Source: the human T2T-CHM13v2.0 reference genome, Homo sapiens. From it: 64,000 nt of DNA. Under the pieces are notes generated by a model. The model saw only the letters and a program-made list of their open reading frames with translations. It searched no databases and was not told the DNA's origin. Position numbers and translations under genes: made by a program. Numbering within the stretch: position 1 is the stretch's first letter; each line of letters opens with the position of its first letter. The stretch lies in NCBI RefSeq assembly GCF_009914755.1, contig NC_060944.1. One strand, 5' to 3'. Below, piece after piece: positions 50,850 to 64,000 of this stretch.

Positions 50850-51260
50850 TCATTCTCCTTGCAAACCTGTTCGTCTCTTAGCTTTGCCATGTCAATAATT
50901 GTCACCACCATGCACTGAGCTGCACAGGCTGGAATCCTAGAAATCAACCTTGATTTCTCTCTGTAGCCCCACCCATCAGCAAGGTCTGGCCACTTTCAAC
51001 CTGGGTCTCCATCCCATCTCCTCTCCATCTCCACAAGCATGGCCCTTGATCAGGCCGCTGCCCATGGCAAGAGCTCACTGATGGATCTCACCTTCACATC
51101 CATATTCCATGTGATGCTTTAGAAACATACATGAGGATCAAGACTGCACGATCTGGCCCTGACTACCTCTCCCAAGTTCATCCCCTCCTCCCCGCACCAT
51201 CATGGCACTTGGGCCTCAGACCTTCCTCCTGTTTGACAGATAATCCAGGCTCATCCCATC
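50850..51260 (+). mobile_element. L2 internal fragment
   Basis: GTCACCACCAT..AATCCTAGAAATCAACCTTGATTTCTC..CCATCAGCAAG..CTCTCCATCTCCAC..GATCTGGCCC. Confidence 0.6.
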
Positions 51261-53389
51261 CTAGGTACCTGGCTGGGTACAGCCCCTTTCTTTGATACCA
51301 CTCTGACCTTACACCCTGCTGCCTGTGCAGTTTGTTATACATGTCCCAGTTCTTGCTTGCGTGTGAACCCTCACCAACAGCCTGCCACCTGAAAATTTGA
51401 TTCCACTCTTTGCTCTGCTGATAAATGAATCTGACCTTTCTATACCAAAAATGGCAAGAAGTGAATCTTCTTGTCTCCCTTCCTATAGTAAATAGACTAT
51501 ATAGTAGATAGACTGAGTCAGCTCAGAGAGGAATTTGTTCAAACTAGAAAGGGCTCAGTATGACTAAAGAGATGACTGACTATGTCATTCCCTATAAAAC
51601 CAGCTGGCCTTTATTTTTTATTTTTTTAAAAAGAGTGTTGGAAAGGAAGTAAAAAGCTCCTCTGTGAATGTATTCATATATACTTGATTCAGTGATGGCG
51701 TTGGCATGGAGACACAGCATGAAAGGGGAACGGAAGGGGTCTCCTGCACTGTAAGACATGGGCAGAGACTTTTGTTTTCTATTGTGATCCTTCTAATAAC
51801 ATGACATAGATAAACCGTACTCACTGGGCAGCAACAGAATCACCGTGCTACTCTGAGTGTCTTGAAATCAACTGAGTGCCGAGGGCCTCTCTCTCTTTGT
51901 CTTTTGGGGTAAGGTGGTGATGGAACTGGTTCAGTGGTTAAAGGAGGGAGAATCTGGGTGGGTGAGGATGTCAGTAGCAACAACTTGTTGATTTCCATGA
52001 CAGCTCAATGGTGGTGGGTCATTCTGTCCCAGAGCCACCACTGACCAGCTCTACGACCTTCAATATGTCACTTGCCCTTCAGGGTTTTGGCTTCTTCATC
52101 TTTAGAATGAGGAAAAGCTTCTTAAGGTCCAGCCTAAAGATTCTCAAGGTCCGAGATCTGTGATTTATATAGTAAAAGAGGAAGGAGCTCCTGGGTGACC
52201 TGAAGCATCCATCCCTAGACAGCAGGGACATTGTCAGATTCCCCAGAATGCAACCACTTCTGATGAGCCTGAAGTTCCAGGGAACACAACAGAAGGCTTG
52301 ATATTGCCTGATGATAAGTCCCTAGACAGTAGCTGCGAGCTTGAGCACTGGGGTCTAATCAGACACTCCAGGGGGAAAGGCTCCATACCCACCTGTCCAG
52401 AGTAAACAGGTATGGCTCCATGCCCTGGGGTTAGACAGAGTCACCTGACCAGTGCAGGCAGAAAAAAGGCCCACAGCTGCTCCATAGAAGGAATAGGACT
52501 CTATCATAAATAAGAGCCATTGTCCCCAAAATAATAATATTAAAGGTAAGGGCAAGACGCTAGCCAGTGCCTGCCTTAGGTTGCCTGTGGTTCAGCCTAT
52601 CCGTGTGCTGTAGTCACACCAATTCTGAACCTGTCCACATGCATCAGGATGGGAGTTGAGCAGAAAGGCCCCCTGATGTTTATTGCTGCTCTGCTGTAAG
52701 CCCAGCCACCAGGTTAACAGGCCACTGGTCACCCATTTTATTTTTCAGTCACAAATGGACCCAGAAGTGGGTATTGAGTGCATCAGAAGTTTTTCTAGAA
52801 GTTCCAACAAATAAAACAAAGCAAAAAAGCAGTCAGTCAAGTAATTAGGAATTCTTCTGTCCTACTAAGATGCTTACAAGGAAGAGTGGAATAAAAGAAA
52901 CATGGCATGTGGAAATATGTCAAGTACAAATACAGCATTCAGTTGTTTTGCTCCTGGGCCATTAAGAGGAGGAGAACTGGCATTGACTGGGGCCCACTGT
53001 TTGGCAAGAGGTGTCTGGGGCCTTCCCCATACTCTCTAGAGTGTGGATTAACATCCATCCAAGAATGTACAATCCTCCCTATTTTATAAATGAGTAAAGT
53101 AAGGCTTGGAGGAAGAATTAGTCCAAGGAAACAAACTGTTTGTATTGTGGTTAGCCAGTGTATGTGTAAATACCTCAGGTTCAATCAAACAAAGAAGTAT
53201 TACGAAGAGCTTTGGAAACCAGTGATGCAGAATGGAGACAGGGAGGGATAAATAATACATGGCCACTGCCTCTGAGGAGCCTGGTGTCTCCCAAGGTATG
53301 AACTGGGAAACGTTAGACCACAGCGAAAAGTGAAAGCAGCTTTCCAAGCCCCCGCGTGGAGATCAGAGTGTCCCAACACGTGGCTGTTC

Positions 53390-53590
53390 TGATGTCCATT
53401 TTGCAGATGGATAATTAAGGCTCAGAGAGGTTAAATGAGTTGCCCCCCCATGACAGAAGTATTATCTCCTCCATGTTAGAGGTGAGGAAACTGAGGCACA
53501 GAGAAATTAAGCAACTTGCCCAAGGCATGCAGCTCACGAATGGTGGAACTGGGGGTTGACTCCAGGCTATGGGACTCCAGTGTTCCAGTG
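53390..53590 (-). mobile_element. Two adjacent MIR core fragments
   Basis: CCATTTTGCAGATG..GGCTCAGAGAGGTTAAATGA, then GAGGAAACTGAGGCACAGAGA..AACTTGCCCAAGG. Confidence 0.75.
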
Positions 53591-54567
53591 GTGGGGAGGG
53601 CAGCCCTCTTCCCATGGCAATGGCTTAGAAGGAAGTCCAGCCTTGAGCAGTGGACATGTTGTTTGATCAGTTTTCTCAGCTTTTGATCTAGACGACGGAT
53701 CTAAGAACAACGTTCCTTGATTCCTGTATGCAGCCAGGGGACCATGGATAGAGACAAGGACTATGGCTCTGCCCTCAGGGCCCAATCAGCCAGCCTCAAG
53801 TCAAGCACAAAGCAGGGCTGGATACTTGTGGAAGGCCCCACAGCCCTCCATGTCCAGACCCCTGAGTGCTTGGGTCTGCCCTCACTGCTCCCTCATCCAC
53901 AAGGGGCATTGCATCCCCAGGACTGTCTCAGCCTCTGGTGCCCAAGTCCACTGTGGTTCATGGAGTCACCACCACAGTGGGGCCCCATCTTGGAAATGAG
54001 CCCGGCTGTCTCTCCTGGAGGAGAATTCCTGGGGTAGCTATGGCAGAGCCTCCCATCAAGCCATTCACCTGAGTTCATCTTCTGGAAAAGGGCAGACAAC
54101 AGAGGATCAAAACCAAGCATCCGTTTTGCTACCTTTGGCAAGCACTCCTGAGTGTCTGCAGAATGGGGAGCTCAGTGGTAGGTGACACGTTCAGAGCTGA
54201 AAGACTCTGCCCATGGAGCACTTGCACCAGACACTGTGCTCGGTGTTCCACACACCGTCTTATTCCACCCTGGCAACCCTCAGAGCTAGGTACCATAGAG
54301 ACCTGAAAGTCACAGAAGTAGGGTAACTTGCCACAGCTGAAAGATAGGATATTAATTGGTATAAAGAGGTCAGCACAGGCTATTGAGAGAGCACATTGGC
54401 AGCCCCCTGATTGGGATGTCATTCAAGATATTTAATAACTGGAGGCAACAGAGACGCTGATCAAGCAGACAGATATCAGCTGTCAACATCCAGTTCAGCC
54501 AAACCAACACATATTAGCTGAATTTCAGAACTGCCTGATTCTTCTTGGGCACAGCATGAGCTACCTT

Positions 54568-55024
54568 TCTGGATATCTACTGCTGCATTACAAAACACCC
54601 AGTATTTAATGGATTAAAACAATTTGTTATCAGTCCTGGGTCTATCGGTTGACTGCACTCAGCTGGGTGGCTCCTGCTTGAGGTCTCTCATGCACTTGCA
54701 GTCAGACAACAGCTGGAGCTAAAGTCATGTGAATGCTCTATGGGGCTGAACATCCATGATGGCCCCATTCACACAGCTAGTGTCTCTATGCTGCTCCAGG
54801 TGGCTTCTCTCTCTAACAGAGGAGGCTGAATGGTTTACGCAGAAGCTTGAATCTCCAAGAGGCAGAAAGCAGGGGCTGCTGGGTATTTCGTGGCTACCCC
54901 TGAAACTGGCCCACCATCACTCCCGCATGCCCAGATGTAAGAGGAGTTGCAAGGTCACACTGCAGAAGAGCAGGTGGGATGCAGTGATAATTCCATGGCC
55001 GTCTTTGAAAACCATCTGCCACAG
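54568..55024 (-). mobile_element. MLT1H-like MaLR LTR
   Basis: ATCTACTGCTGCATTACAAAACACCC..CTCAGCTGGGTGG..TGCAGTCAGA..GCCGTCTTTGAAAACCATCTGCCACA. Confidence 0.7.
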
Positions 55025-55029
55025 CAACC

Positions 55030-55385
55030 TTAGAAGAAGAGGCAATACCTATGTGGAGCCAGGTGAAGGGGTCAAGGAAGGGTATCCCAGGCAGCGAGAC
55101 ACTATGCAGAGGCAGAGGGGAGAGAGAACACCAAGCACCTGTGCTTATAAATATAGGGCACTCACTGTGGCTGGCATGGTTGGGTCAAGATGGGAGATGG
55201 CAAGAGCTTGGGCAGGAGAGAGACTTAGATCTTTGAGGGTCTCCAGTGCCTAAGGAGTTTAGATTTTATCCCAGCAGCATTGAAAGCCATTAAGGGGATT
55301 TGATCAAGCAAGGAGTTGACCCAACCATATCTATATCTTGGAAAGATTTTGCTGGCTGTAAGATGGAGTAGATGAAGACAGGTAG
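55030..55385 (-). mobile_element. L2 fragment
   Basis: TAAGGAGTTTAGATTTTATCC..GAAAGCCATTAAGGGGATTT..GAAAGATTTTGCTGGCTG. Confidence 0.6.
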
Positions 55386-55929
55386 ACCAGCTGCCTTCCC
55401 CCAGCTGTCCCACATCTCAAAAGAAGAGCTACCGGGATAAAGCCTTGTTGTAGCTTTGGCCTTAGCCCTGTCCTGGTTCTTCATTCTCATCTGAGCAACA
55501 AGGCTGCATAAAAGAACAGAAGCCCTGGGGCAGTGGTGTTTGCAGGGTTCAGTTGACTCTATCTGTTATGCTCATTTGTCTGAGATTCCGGAAGCCTTTG
55601 AATAGCACTTGTGATAATTACAGAATCCCCACATATATTGATGAAAAACAGCTACATAAATAGCAAAGCTTGGTATTTGTGAAGTGCCAGTTTTCTGTAA
55701 ATATAGAATGTTGGCAGTTACTGCCGTGTGGCTTGTCTACTCTCTGGAGCCAGCACTGGTTTTATTACAGCCCTTTCCAGGGAGGGTTTTATATCCTGCC
55801 TACCTGTGGCCAGTCCACTGGCCTCACAGGTACAATTGCAAAAAGCAACAGGCAATCTGAGACCAAGAGAGGCAATCCTCAATCTCTTTTAAGTGTGGAG
55901 AGTCCTGTTTGACATCCAAAAAGGCTTTT

Positions 55930-56261
55930 CTGTTGTTGTTTTTTTGTTTTGTTTTGTTTTGTTTTGTTTTGTTTTGTTTTGTTTTGAGACGGAGTCTCGC
56001 TCTGTCACCCAGGCTGGAGTGCAGTGGCACGATCTTGGCTCACTGCAACCTCTATCTCCCAGATTCACGTGATCTTCCTGCCTCAGCCTCCTGAGTAGCT
56101 GGGATTACAGGCATGTATCACCACGCCTGGCTAATTTGTTCGTATTTTTAGTAGAGACAAGGTTTCCCCATGTTGGTCAGGCTGGTCTCAAGCTCCTGAC
56201 CTCGTGATCCACCTGCCTCCCAAAGTACTGGAATTACAGGCCTGAGCCACCATGCCTGGCC
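55930..56261 (-). mobile_element. AluS (Sg/Sx-like) with (CAAAA)n-converted tail
   Basis: Full dimeric Alu. Degenerate TSD CCAAAAAGGCTTTT (55916-55929) vs CCAAAAAGTATTTT (56262-56275). Confidence 0.93.
55940..55985. repeat. (TTTTG)n microsatellite derived from the Alu poly-A tail
   Basis: About 9 tandem TTTTG units directly adjoining the Alu 3' end. Confidence 0.95.
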
Positions 56262-56388
56262 CCAAAAAGTATTTTTAGCTATTCCTACATCTATGTGTAG
56301 AGACCCCTGACTGCTTTAGTAAGTTGAGGCTCCTTAGCAAGTGTATAAGGTACAGATTGGAAACCAAGGCTTATTTGTAGATCTAGAC

Positions 56389-56670
56389 CAGCATTTTCCA
56401 AACTGTTTTCTCAGGACACTAGTGAAAGAATGATAGGTATTGTATAGGTATTGTATAGAAAATGAGGATCTCTTAATCAAGTGTTTAAGAAATGCTAACT
56501 TACTATGTATTTTCTAAATGCAGGGTTTCTCACAAACTTTAAATATGCTAATTTGGGCCATGATTCTGCACAAAGGAAGTGTAATAGCTGGGTTTTCAAA
56601 ATTGACCACAGAACTCTTTTTAACAGAGTATTTTACAGGAGTTTGGAAAGAATTCTACTTTGAGTAATGA
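56389..56670. mobile_element. MER112-like hAT-Charlie element
   Basis: CAGCATTTTCCAAACTG..ACACTAG..TTTAAATATGCTAAT..TTGACCACAGAAC, following a TCTAGAC hAT-type target. Confidence 0.55.
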
Positions 56671-56730
56671 TGACTAACCATCCTCAAGGCTCATTAATTG
56701 ATCTCAGCTCAGCTCTCAAAGGAGTGATAT

Positions 56731-57137
56731 TGTATCAGTTAGCTTTTGCTGTGTAACAAATGATGCTACATTTTAGTAGCTTAAACCAATGGCTATTTTT
56801 TTAACTCATGATTCCCTTGGTCAGTAATTTGGGCTGGACTCAACTGCGTGGTTCTTCTTGTCTTGGCTGCCTTTCTCATGTTTCTGTAGTCAGCTGTCAG
56901 CAGTTAGACCAGCTTGGTTTTGGACAGTTAGTTGGCTGTCAGCTTGGGCAATGAGAGTAACTGAGTCACATGCTCTGTCATCCTTCACCAGGCTAGCCAA
57001 GTTTATTCACATGGCAGACAAACAGGGTTCCCAGAGATCAATTAGAAGCTGCAGGTCATACTGAGGCCTAGGCTTAAAACTGACACAACTTCCCCTCCAG
57101 TACATTCTATTGGTCAAAGCAATTCAAAAGGCCAGCT
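56731..57137 (-). mobile_element. MLT1H2/I-like MaLR LTR
   Basis: TGTATCAGTTAGCTTTTGCTGTGTAACAAA..GCTTAAACCAA..ACATTCTATTGGTCAAAGCAA. Confidence 0.75.
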
Positions 57138-57326
57138 GCTGTGATTTTCAAGCCAAAGAGAAATTAACTTGAGAAATAGGGGCTTCCACATTTTTTATAA
57201 GAGAGTCTTAGGGGAGGTGATTTGCTTGAGAGAGAAGAACTGGGGTTATTTTTGAAGTTGTGTCTGCATAACAAACAAAAAGAATCTTGGACCTAGATTG
57301 CATATTTATTTAGGGTACTGGGAGGG

Positions 57327-57666
57327 TGTCTTAGTCCATTTTGTGATGCTATAACATAACATCACAGACTAGGAAATTTATAAACAATAGAAATTTGTTA
57401 ATCATGGTTCTGGAGTCTGGGAAGTCCAAGATCAAGAGGCTGGCATCTGGCAGGGTCCTTCTTGCTGTGTCATCCCATGGCAGAAGGGCAAAGAGAGGAA
57501 AAGGGAGAGAGAAGATAGAGAGGCTGAACTTGTTTATTTGTTTTAAGGAGCCCACCCTCACAATAATGGCATTAATCCCCTCTTAAATGTCCCACCTCTT
57601 AATTTGCCACATTGAGGATCAAGTTTCCAACGCATGAACTTTGGGGGAAGCACTCAAATCACCTCA
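57327..57666 (-). mobile_element. MST (MSTC/MSTD-like) MaLR solo LTR
   Basis: TGTCTTAGTCCATTTTGTG..GTTCTGGAGTCTGGGAAGTCCAAGATCAAG..AAGTTTCCAACGCATGAACTTTGGGGG. Confidence 0.85.
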
Positions 57667-57996
57667 GGGAGAGATGCCGCTGATGGAGATTATGTGGGGC
57701 TAAAACCACCCCTCAATCCACTCCTCAGTACTCTCATTGGAAGTGAGTCTAAATTTCTCTCTCTCAATAAATAATATACCAAAAGCCCACCAACTGAAGA
57801 TGACTAGGAACATATTTGTAGTCATACACAGTACAATGTTTGATTTTTTTAGCAAGTGCAAGCAAGGTTAGACCTGCCCAGAGGAACTTTGGGAGTGTTT
57901 CTGTAAGGGGAAGATTGGCTTTGGGATGCATGACTCTGAGGACAGATGATGGAGTGGGGCAGGTCTGGGTTGGATGCTGCTAAAAAGTGGGGGTAG

Positions 57997-59600
<1,604 letters not shown>

Positions 59601-59924
59601 AAAAAATGGGGGTAGTTTGGTAATTGGATATCTCCATAGTATCTGTCCAAGATACAGTACATGTTAAGCCACGGTGTGGTTTCCATTGGTAAGAAGGTGG
59701 CAACGGTCACTCAAAAGCAAGATGTTGGCCATTTTAGGGTTGAGGTTCAGCCTTGTCTATGTCCTGCTAGACATGTTTCTCAGGATCCACTGGCTTGTGT
59801 AGAAACATCAAAATTCTCTTGGAAATAGTGTGATTTGATCGTCAGTGGGTAGATTATTGTTTCATCACAGACCAGGATGGAAGCTGGTCAGCAAGAGACT
59901 TAACTATAGATAGAGATAGAGACA

Positions 59925-60765
59925 TCCAATAAAGGATGTGTATCCAGAGTATATATTTTTAAAAACTGTTAAAAATCAATAAGAAAATAACAGACAACTT
60001 TGCTTTTTAATGAAAAAAGCAAAAAGACTTGAACTTCATAGATGAGAATGTTCAAATGGCCAATAAACATGAAAAGTTGTTTGACTTCCTTATTCATTAG
60101 GGAAATTCAAATTAAAATCACAATGTAGTACCACTATACACCCACCAACATGGCTAAAGAAAGACGAGCAAAACCAAGTGTTGACAAGTATCTAAATAAA
60201 GCAACTGGAATTCTCATCTGCTTCTGGAGGAACATAAATTGATGCACTCACTCTGTAAAACTGCTTGGCACTAAGTAGTAGAGCTGAACATATGCATGCT
60301 CCCTGATCCAACACCACTACTCCCCGAATCAACAGAAATTCATATATACATGCAATGAAGGTACTAGAATATCCACGGCAGCACTGTTCATGCCAAGCAC
60401 TGGAAACTACCAAGCTGTCTCTCAATAACAGAAAGGATAAACTGTGCTGTGTTCAAACAACAGAATGCTATGCAACAATGGTGATAATCTACCATGATCC
60501 ACAACTGCATACAACAACACGGTTGAATCCATGAACACAATATTGAACCAGACACAAAAAAAGTATGGGCTGTATGATCCCACTTATATTAAGGTACAAA
60601 AGCAGGCAAAACTAGTCAGTGGTGATAGAAGTCAGGATGATGGTTAGAGACTGTGGGGATGTGCAAGAGCTTCTGGGGTGATAGTTACATTCTGTTTCTT
60701 GGGCTGATTACAGATTACATAGTTATATTCACTGTGTAAAAATTCATTCAAGGTATTCACTTCTA
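59925..60765 (+). mobile_element. Old L1ME-type 3' region
   Basis: CAAATGGCCAATAAACATGAAAAG, TTAGGGAAATTCAAATTAAAA, GGTGATAGAAGTCAGGAT and AAAATTCATTCAAG motifs. Confidence 0.8.
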
Positions 60766-61152
60766 ATACATCCATTCCAATTAGAAGGAAACATAACATC
60801 AGAATCCTTGTGTTGCTGGTGACATGGCAGCTCTGGCCACACTGGAGCACAGTCTTCCTCCTGCCCTCCCCACCTCTGGGCAGCAGCTGAAGGTGAAATC
60901 CTATGCTGGATTTCAGCTGGGGGCAGGGTTCCTTCACACCTTCCAAGTTGGCAGAGACACAGCTTTGAGCCTCGTGGCCTTGTGTGGGGTCGTGAGCTTA
61001 GTCTCTGGAGCCAGCCTGCCTGCAATTCTGCTGACTAATAAACATCTGCCCTCATAACACTGAGACACAGTAAGCACTATATTTATTTTTGCCGTTATTT
61101 TCTGCTCCATTTTACAGATTTAAAAAACTAAGATTCAGAGTGGACAGATGAT

Positions 61153-61763
61153 TTTAGAGGAAGAAGGGGGAGACACCTTTCCTCCCCATCATAAGGGTCT
61201 CAACTGACACTCCTATAACAAATGTCAGGTTAACAAGAGAAAAGCATAACAAATGTATTTAATCAAGTTTCATGTGACACAGGGACCTTCAGAAATGAAG
61301 ACCCAAAGACCCAGGGAAAATTATCTGTTTTGACACTTACGTTTGATGAAAAATGGGCAGCCATATAAAAATGTGATTGGACAAAAAGGGTGTAATCTAA
61401 TGGCAAGAGATTAAGGGGGAAACCTAGCATGCCTGTGTGTTCAGCTTCTTCTTAGCCTCTCTGACTTGGATTTTTTCCACCTAAATAGGAGGCAGAACTC
61501 TTCTGGAATGAGAGTCTTCAAGGGAGATGGAGAGGGAGAAAGTGACCTTTCGGAATTGTATGGCTTGCTTTTGGGAGAGACCTGTTTTGGGCAATAGGAA
61601 TTCTGGTTTCTGTGGTTCACTTGGCGGGAGAAGAGGGATGGGAGACAGGAGGGCAGAAAGTCAGAGAGAACTTGCTTCTGAGCCCCTTCCAGTGTCCTTC
61701 GGTTCAAAGTACTCAGCATACCAAGGTGCCACACTTCGGGATATGATGTTCTGAGTCCCAGCA
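61153..61763 (-). mobile_element. ERV1 (MER4-group; MER31/MER67-like) solo LTR inserted into a MIR
   Basis: The element strand starts TGCTGGGACTCAGAAC..TTGGTATGCTGAGTACTTTGAAC. 4-bp TSD-like TGAT (61149-61152) vs TGAC (61764-61767). The MIR core continues across the insertion. Confidence 0.8.
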
Positions 61764-64000
61764 TGACCCATCCCAAGCCATGCAGTAAAACACGTTCAGT
61801 GCAGAGCTGCAACTGGGACCAGCATCTCCTTGACTCCAGAACTTGTGTTCTGAAGCATTCAGCCCTTTCATCAGGAAGGGGAGAACAAGGAACGCAGGGA
61901 GTGGTGCTCCTCGAGAGAGACCTGCTCTCTCTGCCATCGCTGGAACAGCCAGAAGCCCCTGAAGCCCTCCACACAAGGGCTCTGCCTGAACACCCATTTT
62001 TTAAATGCAAACTAATTCTTCAGTCTGCCTTGGAAACGCAAAAGCTGTTCTTTTACACAAAGATGAAACCAGCAGGCTCGCAGAGGCCAGTAACACCCAC
62101 TCCCCTGCATCATAAGTTCCAAACAGTGTGTGAGGGACAGAGCCAGCGCCACGGTGAGGAGTAAACATCACACACGCCACACGTGGGTGGTTAGTACTGC
62201 ATGAAGCCCAGGGGAGGCCCATTTCCTGGCATTCTGCTTCTATGTTTTAGTCAGTGCTGCATTCATGGGTAAGTTTGCATTTGATTTGCTTTATTTCCAA
62301 AATTATTTCCAGCAATGGAAAGGGAAGTCGAAAGGAAAAAACCAAAACATTTCCCATCTTCCGTCCCTTTATATAGGGCAGCCTTAGCCCACTCATTACA
62401 TCACCAAAGATCTATTGCAAATGTCAGTGAAAAGAAAATCTGTTTTGATAACAATGTCACTTTAGATGTATTTGAAATGTCTAAATGTTGGTGCAATTTT
62501 GATACTAATAATCCTCCCCGTGTCCCAACCCTACTTTTTGTGGATAACCCCGCACAACAATCCTTGGTGGGAATGTCAGATGAAGACTTGAAAGGCAACT
62601 GCTTTAAGAAAACCCCATACACACAGCTCATGTGTTCTTCTGATTTAAAAGCAGCTTTTTACTTTAGTCTACATTTGTAGTGGACATATTTAGCTTAAAC
62701 CTTACAGCAAGATGTACCTTTCAGGATAAAACCCATGTGGAAACCTTTCAGGCAGAAAAGAATGGCTTGTATGGAAGTCTTAATAGTAATGGTAATAACA
62801 AGGATAATGGCAGCGGCTGCAGCGGGGAGACGTCTCTGGAAGATGTTGGAGCTATCCTAACACTCCTCCATCCCCATTCACTGTTATCTGCCTGTCCCGG
62901 AAGCCTGGCTTCCTTCTCTTCTCTTTTTTCCCACTTTTAGGAAAGCCCATGTCCAGGAGCAGCCTCCCTTTTGTTGCCTCCTGCAAGCCCTCTGTATTAG
63001 CACGTGTGTGTCTATTTACACGCACCATTAAGTGCTGTCCCTCAGTTAGAACAGGTGCTGAAGGAAGGGGATTGGTGTAGTCTAAGGATGTGGGGCACCC
63101 CCGCGCCCTCCGCCCCCATCCACTTGGAATCCCAAATCCCTAGCATCTCAGGATTGGGAAGGGTCTCAGGATTCATAGTCTCACTCCTATCAAAGCCATT
63201 GCTAGAGAACTTAGTTGCCATTTCCGGAATGCTCCTATTAAACTATAAAAATCCCACCTGAGATTGTAAAAACTTTTGCACTATTTTGAAAAAAGTCAGG
63301 GAAATGTGCTTCCCAGTTGGCATTTTAGTTGGCCACCCTTTCGGGGTTGGGCGGTGTGTGCGGCTATGGGTCCATCTCTCCTCTCACACATTCTCGAGGT
63401 TTGCACGTCCTTACCTGTAATTAATTAGTCAGCACACACTGTGGTGCTCCTACTGTGTGCACTACCAGCCAGCCTGTGAGTAAGGGGAGCAAGGAACAGG
63501 GAGAGGAAAAAGCCTCAGCTCCTGCCCTTCCAGGTTTTCCAAACCAACGCAATACCAAATGAGAATCCAAGATACCTCACTCCACAGAGTATTATCAAAT
63601 CAAATGAAGGGGGGACCTGCAGCCAGGCTGGAAGGTGGCATTGAAAGGGGAGAGATAGCAGGTGGAGCAGTGTTCAGAGGCAATGCCCAGAGGAGGAAAC
63701 ACACTTAAGTTGATGTGAAATGTTGAGGTCAAGGTGAAAATTGCAGTTCAATTTATGCAGTCCAATCTTCACCTAGAGAATGTGAAGTTGGGAGCTTGTG
63801 CATGCATATGTTTACTAGGTATTGAAATTGTATAGATGAGTAATTAATGTGTTTGAGATTGAAATAAGCTGCTGGTCGTCATTTTGAAATCTGTCTCTGG
63901 ACTTCCTCTTCATTAGAATGCAAACCTCAGGGCAGGGCTGCTGCATCAGGGTGGTAAATTGACTGAAAACCACGCCTAGGACTTCCAGGTGAAATCACCT

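Noticed and set aside
61441-62010. 189-aa minus-strand ORF
   Set aside because: It runs through MIR and LTR sequence with no gag/pol/env similarity.

Overview
Primate (very probably human) non-coding genomic DNA, either a gene desert or the inside of a long intron. I recognise no host-gene CDS, RNA gene or CpG island, and nothing prokaryotic. The window is mostly interspersed repeats: a 5'-truncated L1PA4-like element with TSD (source of the only real long ORF, an ORF2 C-terminal fragment), four Alus (AluY, AluS, AluJ and a tailless right monomer), old L1M fragments, many MIR/L2 fragments, MaLR LTRs, an ERV1 LTR, hAT and Tigger MITEs, and 7-9 LTR33-like ERVL solo LTRs. The best non-routine leads are an unidentified retrocopied mRNA 3' end (~46.2-46.6 kb), a frame-preserving 222-nt candidate exon on the minus strand, a split REST/RE1 site with a 13-nt spacer, RFX/E-box motif clusters and a probable twin-primed inverted L1. 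Subfamily names come from recalled consensus sequences and need RepeatMasker/Dfam confirmation. Boundaries of old repeats are approximate. I found no convincing evidence of a new biological system.
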